A stretch of DNA of 63,527 nt, counting the filler, from Octopus bimaculoides (taxonomy: Eukaryota): NCBI RefSeq assembly GCF_001194135.2. It is 6 parts of 6 records of this genome, joined end to end, with 100 filler letters (N's around TTAATTAATTAA, not from the genome) between each part and the next. Parts side by side here need not be neighbours in the genome. Positions count along the whole stretch, not along the records: positions 50,639 to 61,150 come from NC_068984.1; positions 61,251 to 63,527 come from NW_026353609.1; 4 more parts are not named here. One strand, 5' to 3'. Below are positions 52,601-63,527 of this stretch, piece by piece. The notes beneath the pieces are model-generated. The model ran no database searches. It had not been told where the DNA came from and worked only from the letters and a program-made list of their open reading frames with translations. A program made the position numbers and the translations under genes. Within the stretch, counting starts at the first letter, position 1. Each line of letters starts with the position of its first letter.

Positions 52601-53683
52601 ATAATAATAGATTGTTTACTGTTATATCTTTTACTTATTTCAGTCATTAGACTGTGGCCATTCTGGGGCACTACCTTGAATTATTTTAGAAGAACAATCT
52701 GACCACAGTACAAACCATCATCATCATCTAGTGTTTTAAATCTGGGTTTTGTTCCCATTAATGGGGATGGCTGGATCTACCTCAATGCCATAGCAACCGT
52801 GGTAGGCAGGTACAGTACACCCCAACCTTTGGGCTGGCTTGTGCCCATTCTCCTTTGCTATCATGTGGCTTTTTTTGGAGCTGGATTTTCTACAGGGAGC
52901 ATGCCCTTGCTTACCCCCAACCTCAGTTTCTAGACATGAGTAGTCCCGAGACCAAGGCCTCTACCACAACTTTTAAGAAACATGGTGGAAAACTAGCTCA
53001 GGAAGGCAGGGACGCTACTCCTTGAGACCCCTTTTGGAGCCCCCCTACTAATATTATTTTTAAAGCCTGATGCTTATACTGTCAGTCTGTTCTGCCAAAA
53101 AGCTAAGTTTTAGGGACATAAACACACCAACACTGGTTGTCAAGCAGTAGTGGGGGACAAAACGGACACAAAGACACACTCATAGCTGTTCACCGTCCAA
53201 CCCATACCAGCATGGAAAACGGACGTTAAATGATGATGATGATGATGATGATATATATATATATACTCACACACTACTTATTTATTCTGTGACTCTCCAT
53301 TCCAAAAATAGTGTAGAATTATTTTCTATAAATAATCAACTCCTTGCCCCTCTCACATCAACCTAATCTTCTTTCTCTGCTATTCATTATGGTATGTTGA
53401 TAAATAGGAACAATCTCACATGGTTGAGCACCGTCAGGGAGTAAAGCATATTGCACCTTTGTCACATTAGGTTCAAGGGGAAATGATATTTACTCTGATA
53501 CATAATCAGGGATTTTTTTTTTTTTTTTTTTGGTTTGTGATTTTTCATCATTCTTAACAAGCAAACAAATTGCATATTCACCCATGCACACACATACACA
53601 CACACATACACACACACACACACACCCCTGTGTATACATGTGTATGTATGTATGTATGTATGTATGTATGTATGTATAGATAG

Positions 53684-53726
<43 letters not shown>

Positions 53727-53741
53727 TAGGCAGATAGATAG

Positions 53742-53772
<31 letters not shown>

Positions 53773-54497
53773 GAGAGAGAGTGAAACATATATACATATG
53801 TATACATATGCTTACATTGCATACATACATGCATACATACATACATACATACACGCATGCACACACACATACATACATACATACATGCATACATACATAC
53901 ATACATACATTGATCTATTGTTGTTCCTAATTGGAAATGAAGCCTTAGAGATAAAAGACAGTTAAATGAGAAGGTGTGGCAACTACACTAATCAGTTTAT
54001 AAGCCATTCATTCAATCAAACAAATTGTGCCAAAACACATCACTTATATTTTCATCAACATTTTGAATTTGGTATGTCAATCCTCTTATAGTTTATGATA
54101 TGACTCAAATTGTTTTAGATCCATATTAATTTCACAGCTTGATACCAATATGGCATTGTTCTCCACTCAATGTGTTATTTTTCTGCGTTACAGAGTATGC
54201 TGATTGCTTACATTAAAAAAGATATCAAACATAAAAAAAATTACTTATTTTTATCTATTATATTCAATATTCAAGACATATCTACCTTCTTGTTTGTTTT
54301 GTTTTTATGTTTCTTAATCATACTTCCTTTTGTAAAATAAATTAATGAAGTAATTTAATAAAAATTTTATAAAATAATTTGATAAATTATTGTTTTCTTT
54401 GATAAAATAATTGAAGTAATTCGAAGTTTTTGATACGGACCTACCTGGAAATCCTTCTGGCTTTATGATACAAAAATCCCTGACATTTAAAATGATG

Positions 54498-54935
54498 ATC
54501 ATCATCATCATCGTCGTTTAACGTCCGCTTTCCATGCTAGCATGGGTTGGACAATTTGACTGAGGACTGGCAAACCAGATGGCTGCACCAGGCTCCAATC
54601 TGATCTGGCAGAGTTTCTACAGCTGGATGCCCTTCCTAACGCCAACCACTCCGAGAGTGTAGTGGATGCTTTTACGTGCCACCAGCACGAGGGCCAGTCA
54701 CATGGTACTGGCAATGGCCATGCTCAAATGATGTTTTTTACATGCTACTTGCACAGGAGTCAGTCCAGCGGCACTGGCAACGACTTTGCTTGAATATTTT
54801 GTTCACGTGCTACCGGCACAAGTGCCAGTAAGGTGACATTGGTAACAATCACGCTCAAATGGTGCCTTTTATGTGCCACCAGCATGGAAGCCAGACAGCT
54901 GCTCTGGCAGTGATCCCACTCGGATGGAGCTGTTA
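54498..54935 (-). mobile_element. Family C element
   Basis: Highly similar to 33546-33950. Confidence 0.85.
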
Positions 54936-55620
54936 AAATGTTTATATTTAATTTGAAACCTTCCAATATAATTTTATGTAAGAACGTTTCAAGTTAAGTT
55001 CCAAACACCAGCTTGATACTTCTAATTTCAGTAGAAAGCCACCAGTTTTAAGGGGAGGGAAAGTCAACTGCATCAGCCCCAGTGCTCAACTGGTACCTAT
55101 TTTATTGGCCCCCACAGAATAAAAAAGGCAAAGTAGACCTTGGTGGCATTTGAACATAGAATGAAAGAGTCAAAGGAAATGTTGCTAAGCATTTTAGTAT
55201 GACATGGTAATGATTTCAAGAATGTCTGGAAAGTGAAAGTAAATACAGCTGAAAATTTGTAAATATCACAAGGCCTAGAATAAACATAGTATAACATCAT
55301 AGTATTATTAAAGTATAACATCATAGACATAGAACAAGAGTGTAATATTTACAGAGTAAAAAAAATGGCAGAAATTGTAAGGAACATAACAAAATTGCTT
55401 TTAACTAATTAACTTTGCTTGTTTACATTTGAGTTCAAATCCCAGATTTACCTTTGTCTTTCATCTCTTGGAGGTAAATAAAATAGTTATTAGAAATACC
55501 CTGATGTTGATTCAGTTGAAGCTACATCTTTCAAATAGGTGTAGATATGGCTGTGTGGTTTTGAGTTCAGTCCCACTATGCAGCACGTTGAGAAAGGGTC
55601 TTCTTTTATAACCTTGGGCT

Positions 55621-56034
55621 CTTTACTCTTTTACTCTTTTACTTGTTTCAGTCATTTTACTGTGGCCATGCTGGAGCACCGCCTTTAGTCGAGCAAATCA
55701 ACTCCAGGATTTATTCTTTGTAAGCCTAGTACTTATTCTATCGGATTCTTTTGCCAAACCGCTAAGTTATGGGGATGCAAACACACCAGCATCGGTTGTC
55801 AAGTGATGTTGGAGGGACAAACACAGACACACAAACACCCACACACATATATATATACATATACATATATATACGACGGGCTTCTTTCAGTTTCCGTCTA
55901 CCAAATCCATTCACAAGGCTTTGGTTGGCTCGAGGCTATAGTAGAAGACACTTGACAAAGTGCCACACAGTGGGACTGAACCCGGAGCCATGCAGTTGGT
56001 AAGCAAGCTACTTACCACACAGCCACTCCTGCGC
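55621..56034 (-). mobile_element. SINE family A, full copy, abutting a + strand family A head fragment (55545-55620)
   Basis: Reverse complement of 1186-1625. Confidence 0.85.
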
Positions 56035-56169
56035 CTAATTTTGACCAACGTTTTATAGAGGGTACTAATATTTACAAAAGATAATGACCCTACATCAATG
56101 CTTTAATCCTTTTGTTACTATATTTCTTTTAAATTGCACCACCTTTGTCTTAAGTAATTTTGAAAATTT

Positions 56170-56500
56170 ATTTATTTATTTATTTATGCTTTATGCACCC
56201 TTTTAAAGCCTAGCCAGGCTCATGGGTCCGTTTTCCTGGTTTCTATGGCGTATGTTCCCCCCCCCCCCGGCTGGAGGGGACGCCAGTCCATCACAGCTTT
56301 ACTCAAGAAACAGGAAGAAAGAGTGTGAAAAAGTTGGGGCAAAAGAGTACAACAGGGGTCGCCACCACCTCCTGCCAGAGCCTTGTGGAACTTTAGGTGT
56401 TTTTGCTCAATAAATACACACAACGCCCAGTCTGGAAATCGAAACTGCAAACCTCCGACCGTGAATCCACTGCCATAACCACCGGGCCATTGCGCCTCCA
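56170..56500 (-). mobile_element. tRNA-derived SINE family D, full copy with (TAAA)n tail
   Basis: Head GAGGCGCAATGGCCCGGTGGTTA...GTTTCGATTTCC, central GTGATGGACTGGCGTCCCCTCCAG, tail TAAATAAATAAA. Confidence 0.8.
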
Positions 56501-57871
56501 CAATTTTGAAAATAATGAACAATTAATTAAATCATTTAATCATTATGAAGATGGTGATTGGAATTAGCATGACATTTTGATGGCAGGTTTTAATTTAAAT
56601 CACTTTAAGACAAGGAATTTGTGTCATAGAACATAGAATGGTTTCAGTCAGTTTGATATCAAAACGTTTGATGCAGGTACAGAGACAAGCTTTTATGAAA
56701 AGGGGTCTGGATGAGCCATGACTCATTATCAGGCAGCACTACCATAGCTAGAGTGTGTTCCACCGGGGGTGGCCCTTCCATCTGCTGCCCCTGAACCCCA
56801 CAAAAAACACATATTGCCTACAGCAATAGCCTACAACAGGATGAAAAGTGCTGCCCCTTTAAAAGTGCAACCCCACCCCTAGCTTTGCTAGTGCCCAGCA
56901 GGTCACATTACTAAAAAAAATTTAATTTTTTTGTTGGTGTGCCATTCAGAAAGTCCCATAGACCACATTTTACTCATGACTGCTTTGTCGACTCTCATTA
57001 AGTTCTTACATAGGAGAGATCTAATTATATAACTCCAAGAATTTAATAAAAGTTTAGGTTATATCAGGAATATATAAATAAACAATGTTTTGAGGAATTT
57101 TTAATTGAGATTATATATAAATATAACTAATTTTAATAACTGTGAAAGCTTTTAGGTAGTGAACTTTGAATGTAATCATAACATAAACCATGGATAATTA
57201 TTCAAAATATTTCAATATTTTAACTTGAAGATATATTTTGTTACATATGTGACCAGTATTTACATTAAATTTAAAGAATGACAATAATTTTGAAGGAGTC
57301 GCTTGGTTGAGATTCAATTTTCCAAACATATAATTATTATTAATGGCCAAATTTGACTTTTACAACTTTGGTTGGCATTGAAAATTGAGCAATATTTTCT
57401 AGTTTTTATTTTATTTTATCACTCTTAGGAACATAATTTCCTATTTCTGACAGCATAAATGTGCTCTGATTAATTTTCATGTAATTCTATCTCAATGAAC
57501 AATGTCTGAGAGAGTATCATCGAGCTGAATTTCAAGATATTTGATGTTCTTGGATGGACTTAATTTGGTTATATTTTTGTAAATGATAATTAATTTCTCT
57601 GAAAAATTCTGTCTACATTTACTGATATTTTGTTCAAAGTGAATCAATATAAAAGGTGCTTTCAATCATAATTTATATTTCAGTGTCACTTTTGTTTTAT
57701 TCAGATTATTACTAGGAAGATCACTATCATTAGTAAAATGACAAATTAGTGTTCCATACAGTAGGTCATTCATATAAATTATAAATAAGACAGAAAAGCA
57801 AAAACGATAGTGTTTTGTAGTTGTTTAACCCTAGGTCAGTTCTCGTCATGCAGACTTATGATCAAAGGTGT

Positions 57872-58218
57872 TCCTGTCATGACTATTCCATCATTTTATT
57901 CAGACAATGTATCTTGGACTACATTATCAAATATGTCTATTTTTGAGACAGTAAGGTGGTATTTAAGCAAGATTTGGTTGTCATTTCTAGCAAACTTATT
58001 GATCACCATGACTCACCTAGCTGAACTCATGGTGTTGTGTTTGGATCCTGTCATGACTATTCCATCATTTTATTAAGACAATGTATCTTGGACTACATTA
58101 TCAAATATATCTATTTTTAAGACAGTAAGGTGGTATTTAAGCAAGATTTGGTTGTCATTTCTAGCAAACTTATTGATCACAATGACTCACCTAGTTGAAC
58201 TCATGGTGTTGTGTTTAG
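57872..58218. repeat. 174-bp direct tandem duplication
   Basis: TCCTGTCATGACTATTCC... starts at 57872 and again at 58046. There are a few substitutions and no gap. Confidence 0.9.
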
Positions 58219-58649
58219 AATCATAGCTCAATACTGATGTGTATTGACTCCTATTTTAAAGGTAACCTTTAAATAATTCTGATCATTGATTTCTACCATA
58301 GGCTCAAGGTCTTGAATTTAGGGGATAGGTATAGTTGATTACGTCGACCCCCAGGATTTGATTTTTTAACCCTGAAACGATGAAAGGCAAAAGATGACAA
58401 CACTGGTGAAATCTGAACTCTAAACATGAAGAGTTCTAACAAAATACCATCAGATATTTGGTATAGCACTCTACTGATTCTATTAATAACAAAGAAGTAG
58501 TGAACATTCATATCAGAACTCCAGTCTTAGAATAACTTCCTCTCCTCCACCCACAGTCTCAGGGGTCTTAAAAGGGTCCCTGCCTTTTCTACTTTAACTA
58601 AACAATAAAACAGCAATATAAAGTGTTATTATGGATATGTGGTGTAGAA

Positions 58650-59380
58650 GTTTGGTTCTCAACCATTAAAAAAACTTTGAGAAATTATAAGAAGACTTAG
58701 AGAAACAATTCTGTACTAAAATTTAATATTCAGGATAATACAAACAAGACTATTTTTAGACTGAAACATATAGATTGGAAAAGAAGAACAGATACATTAC
58801 ATCAATATATACCAAATAAATACAGTTACACATTCAATTGCCTAACAAATTGCTGCATTACAAAAGAATACCCACCAGAGAAATATAAGGATCAGATCAC
58901 GTGAGGAAGTTTTACAGATTTTTAAAGAAACCACTACAATAGGTACCATCTCCACAATTAGATGTAGAAAGCTCTTTCACTAACAGTGCAATGGCAGAAA
59001 TGTTGGAAATCATTATAAATAGTGTATATAAACCTCCAAAATATATAGCTGCCCAGAATACTGGAAAACTAATTAAAAACACAACTTATGGTATGTACAA
59101 CTGAAGTACTTTTTTATCACTCACTAGATGATGTATACAAGCACACAGATGGAATAGCCATAGGTTACCCTCACAAGGTTAGCTTTGCATTACACCACTT
59201 ATCCACAATAGAGAACAGAATAATGCTAAAACTGAAATACATAGTATACACTAGATACATAAATGATGTACAAGATGTAGTGTATATGTTTAAAAGATAT
59301 CAGAAAAACTAAAGAGAAGAGTTAAAAAACAACTTTATACTAAAATATAATATCCAGAATAATATTAATGAGACCTCGTT
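58650..59380 (+). mobile_element. Penelope-like reverse transcriptase remnant
   Basis: LDVESSFTN (motif A, DVESLFTN), YKHTDGIAIGYP (KQ.DGVAMGSP) and YTRYIND (RYVDD), with frameshifts and stops. Confidence 0.85.
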
Positions 59381-59414
59381 TTGAGGCATAAGCATTCAGA
59401 TTCTTTTCTTATCT

Positions 59415-59612
59415 AGGCACAAGGCCTGAAATTTTGGGGGAGGGGGCCAGTCAACTATATCGACCCCAGTATGCAACTGGTACTTAATTTATCAACCCTG
59501 AGAGGATAGAAGGCAAAGTCGACCTCAGTGGAATTTGAACTCAGAACGTAAAAGCAGACAAAATACTGTTAAGCATTTCACCTGGCGTGCTGTTTCTGCC
59601 AGCTCACCACCT
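59415..59612 (-). mobile_element. SINE family B
   Basis: Same as the 13440 copy, including the CTAGGCACAAGGCCTGAAATTTTGGGGGAGGGGG tail variant. Confidence 0.8.
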
Positions 59613-59672
59613 TTACAGATTAAAAAAAAACTAACGCATCGCAGCATGGAAAATGGACATTAAATGATGATG

Positions 59673-59704
<32 letters not shown>

Positions 59705-59957
59705 GATGATGATGATGATATATTAATGTTAGTTTTTATGTTCAGTTATAATAAAAACAATTTTACATTAATCTGATAGGTTACTCTATACTTTTGTAGA
59801 ATACAAAATTATCATTCTTAAACAAGAATGTTGTTGACAGAGACTTTGAAGTTTCGGGCCAGATAAACCATCATTGGACTGTGATGGCTTAGCTGACCAA
59901 AACTTCAAAGTTACAGTCAACAACATTCTTGCTTATAAAAATAATAGATATATAGGT

Positions 59958-60410
59958 GCAGGAGTAGCTGTGTGGTAAGTAGCTTGCTTACCAACCACAT
60001 AATTCCGGGTTCAGTCCCACAGTGTGGCACCTTGGGTAAGTGTCTTCTACTATAGCCTCGGGCTGACCAAAGCCTTGTGAGTGGATTTGGTAGACAGAAA
60101 CTGAAAGAAACCTGTCGTATATAGGTATGTACATATATGTATGCATATATGCATATACTTATATATTATTTAAATTATATATATATATATATATATGTTT
60201 GTGTGTCTGTGTTTGTCCTCTCCCATCGCTTGACAATCGATGTTGGTGTGTTTACATCTCTGTAACTTAGTGGTTTAGCAAAAGAGACTGATAGAATAAG
60301 TACAAGGCTGACAAAGAATAAGTTCTTGGGTCGATTTGTTCGACTGATGGCGGTGCTCCAGCATGCCCACAGTCATATGACTGAAAGAAACAAAAGAATA
60401 AAAGAATATA
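59958..60410 (+). mobile_element. SINE family A, full copy
   Basis: Matches 1186-1625. Confidence 0.85.
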
Positions 60411-61250
60411 AATAAATAAATAGATAAACATATGTATATGTGTATGTTTGTGTGTGTGTGTGTGTGTGTGTGTCTGTGCATATTTTTCCCATAAATCAGT
60501 GATTTAAAACAAAACTATTTCGTTGTATTTGTCCTTCCCAAATAACACAGATTCTTCATTGCTCCTCTTGCCATCATGAATGCAATAAGTAAAGTGATTA
60601 GCCCATTGCAGGGCAGAACCAAAAAACACGTTTTAGTATACAAAGCAATGTTATAGAATACATAAAAATCCAAATAAACTTTGTAATGATGAAACACGAA
60701 TAAACAAAATGTGAATTCGGAAAGTGGGATGGCAAAACGAAATACTGTCTTGGTATTCAATCTAACACCTCTCTCGAAATGCAGGGAAACACTTTAGTTA
60801 TTATGTTAGTCTTTCTGGATGAATTCTTCTCAGTAGACATTCAATAATTAAAGAAATAATTACCATAATTTGAAACATTTCAGAAGGAGGTGTATTGTAA
60901 AACATAGATCATTTATTAGCTTGTAATTGGCAAAATTATGCTTTTAATTACACATAAAATCTATCTATCTATCTATCTATCTGTCTATCTATTTATCTAT
61001 CTATCTATCTCTTTATTTCTCTATCTATCTATCTATCTATCTCTTTATTTCTCTATCTATCTATCTATCTATCTATCTATTTATTTATCTATCTATCTAT
61101 CTATCCATGTATCTCTTAATTTCTCTATCTATCTATCTATCTATCTATATNNNNNNNNNNNNNNNNNNNNNNNNNNNNNNNNNNNNNNNNNNNNTTAATT
61201 AATTAANNNNNNNNNNNNNNNNNNNNNNNNNNNNNNNNNNNNNNNNNNNN

Positions 61251-61324
<74 letters not shown>

Positions 61325-61814
61325 TCTGTTAACGGTTAATATCAATACTTTTCTCGCTGGATTACGTGTTCGTTTCTCTTTTTGTCATCTGCAATTTAAT
61401 TTTTGGCTCTTCTATATATATGAAGATATTTCCTCCGTCTGACTGCTTCTCTCTCTACAAAGCGGAAAGTTACATCGTGGAACAGTCATTTTAACGAGTT
61501 GTTTTTATTTATTCATCCCCCAACGAGATACATCTGCATCAACGGATGCTCCTGAATCAGTTGTTGAGTGTCCCACCCAAGAGGAATCGATGTTAGATGT
61601 GTCGAAACAACTGTCGTGATTAATAACAAATTCTAGTATATTCCGTCTTCTGTCTTTCATTTGTTATATATATATATGTGTGTGTGTGTGTGCGTGTGTG
61701 TGTATTATAGATATAGATATTTATGCATACATATGTGTACATATATACATACATGCACAAACTCACTCAGAACTATCTATGCACAATTACACACACACAC
61801 ATATGCCTAAGTAC

Positions 61815-61854
<40 letters not shown>

Positions 61855-62670
61855 CAAAGAATATATATACATGTATACACACATATATGTACATACTTAC
61901 ATCTACATGTGTATATACATGCATATCAGGGTACAGGACGTTAGAACAATAAACTACAGACAACGGAACGAACACATAGGAAAACGGAAAGCCCCTTGGA
62001 ATATCCCTTCATCAGCTGTCTCTATTNNNNNNNNNNNNNNNNNNNNNNNNNNNNNNNNNNNNNNNNNNNNNNNNNNNNNNNNNNNNNNNNNNNNNNNNNN
62101 NNNNNNNNNNNNNNNNNNNNNNNNNNNNNNNNNNNNNNNNNNNNNNNNNNNNNNNNNNNNNNNNNNNNNNNNNNNNNNNNNNNNNNNNNNNNNNNNNNNN
62201 NNNNNNNNNNNNNNNNNNNNNNNNNNNNNNNNNNNNNNNNNNNNNNNNNNNNNNNNNNNNNNNNNNNNNNNNNNNNNNNNNNNNNNNNNNNNNNNNNNNN
62301 NNNNNNNNNNNNNNNNNNNNNNNNNNNNNNNNNNNNNNNNNNNNNNNNNNNNNNNNNNNNNNNNNNNNNNNNNNNNNNNNNNNNNNNNNNNNNNNNNNNN
62401 NNNNNNNNNNNNNNNNNNNNNNNNNNNNNNNNNNNNNNNNNNNNNNNNNNNNNNNNNNNNNNNNNNNNNNNNNNNNNNNNNNNNNNNNNNNNNNNNNNNN
62501 NNNNNNNNNNNNNNNNNNNNNNNNNNNNNNNNNNNNNNNNNNNNNNNNNNNNNNNNNNNNNNNNNNNNNNNNNNNNNNNNNNNNNNNNNNNNNNNNNNNN
62601 NNNNNNNNNNNNNNNNNNNNNNNNNNNNNNNNNNATGCACAATTACACACACACACATATGCCTAAGTAC

Positions 62671-62710
<40 letters not shown>

Positions 62711-62779
62711 CAAAGAATATATATACATGTATACACACATATATGTACATACTTACATCTACATGTGTATATACATGCA

Positions 62780-63400
62780 TATCAGGGTACAGGACGTTAG
62801 AACAATAAACTACAGACAACGGAACGAACACATAGGAAAACGGAAAGCCCCTTGGAATATCCCTTCATCAGCTGTCTCTATTTTATCCAGACGTTTCGAA
62901 GACCAGACAGGACGTACTCTAGAATAGTCTCTTCCTGAGTAGTGGATCAACTAAGGAAAGGAAAAATTGTAGGTGTAGACGATCTTTAATTCATAATCCA
63001 GGTTGGTACAGATCCAATATACATTCTACAAATAATTCTATTATAATTTATTCGTTCCTGTCTGGGCTATGAAAGGTCTTTGTATATTTCTGTTGGTCGT
63101 AATCATTCATACCAGTCTGTAATTCCTGACGAAGAATCTAATTTTTATTTCAAGAAGAGTTTTTCTTTTTTGTCTTTGGAATTAATTAGATTTCGAAACA
63201 ATTTGCAGAATGTATATTGGATCTGTACCAACCTGGATAATGAATTAAAGATCGTCTATGCTTACAACTTTTCCTTTCCTTATACTTCATTTATTCTTTT
63301 TGCAAATACTGAATATATCTTTTTATATATATATTCTTTACTTGGACTGTACCGGCCGACATTGGCATCCCTTTGAAGGATTTCGGACCTCAGCTCTTTT
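62780..63400. mobile_element. Probable Penelope-like pseudo-LTR region with inverted segment
   Basis: Inverted repeat TCCAGGTTGGTACAGATCCAATATACATTCT (about 62998-63035) versus 63201-63237. Hammerhead-like cores lie on both strands (CGAAACGTC and CTGATGAAGG on the minus strand). Confidence 0.5.
63122..63211 (+). ncRNA. Type I hammerhead-ribozyme-like motif in a probable Penelope pseudo-LTR
   Basis: ATTC-CTGACGA-AG-AATCTAATT...AATTAGATT-TC-GAAA-C-aattt-GCA-GAAT. Stem I is ATTC/GAAT and stem II is 9 bp. The cleavage triplet reads GCA, but the inverted copy near 63025 reads GTA. Confidence 0.55.
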
Positions 63401-63527
63401 ATATGTATTCATATCAAACTAGCTGCTGCTAACTACCTAGAACTCACAAGAGTAAAAAGGAGAGACAAAGATAGACAGAAAAAAGGAAAATGTCTCTTGC
63501 ATTTGAAAACTATGGAAATATATTTTT

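Noticed and set aside
61779-62882. ~250-bp direct duplication (61779-62026 vs 62635-62882); similar cases flank the gaps at 3600 and 45335
   Set aside because: Identical copies on either side of an N gap are most likely unmerged contig overlap.

Overview
AT-rich eukaryotic genomic DNA saturated with microsatellites. The SINE families, repeat density and scaffold style suggest an octopod cephalopod such as Octopus; this is an inference. The window has many N gaps, five of them standardized 100-bp spacers (44N-TTAATTAATTAA-44N). Nearly all ORFs in the supplied track are microsatellite, gap or antisense-transposon artefacts. The only host gene I can support is a minus-strand spliced fragment of six phase-compatible GT-AG exons at 35853-42658 (1278 nt, 426 codons). 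Two of these are micro-exons of 24 and 25 nt that the ORF track misses. The fragment encodes ankyrin, then TPR-like, then a charged linker, then a block resembling the pre-helicase region of TRANK1, which may be a RelE-like fold. Its 5' end and the expected helicase exons are not visible. The remainder is decayed mobile DNA: Tc1, mariner, maT (DD37D), rosa-like, hAT and MULE transposase remnants; MITEs; Penelope-like fragments with minimal hammerhead-ribozyme motifs; an RLE-type and a Tx1-type non-LTR fragment; and at least four SINE-like families. Several long inverted repeats and tandem repeats are also present. There is no CRISPR array, rRNA or intact tRNA.
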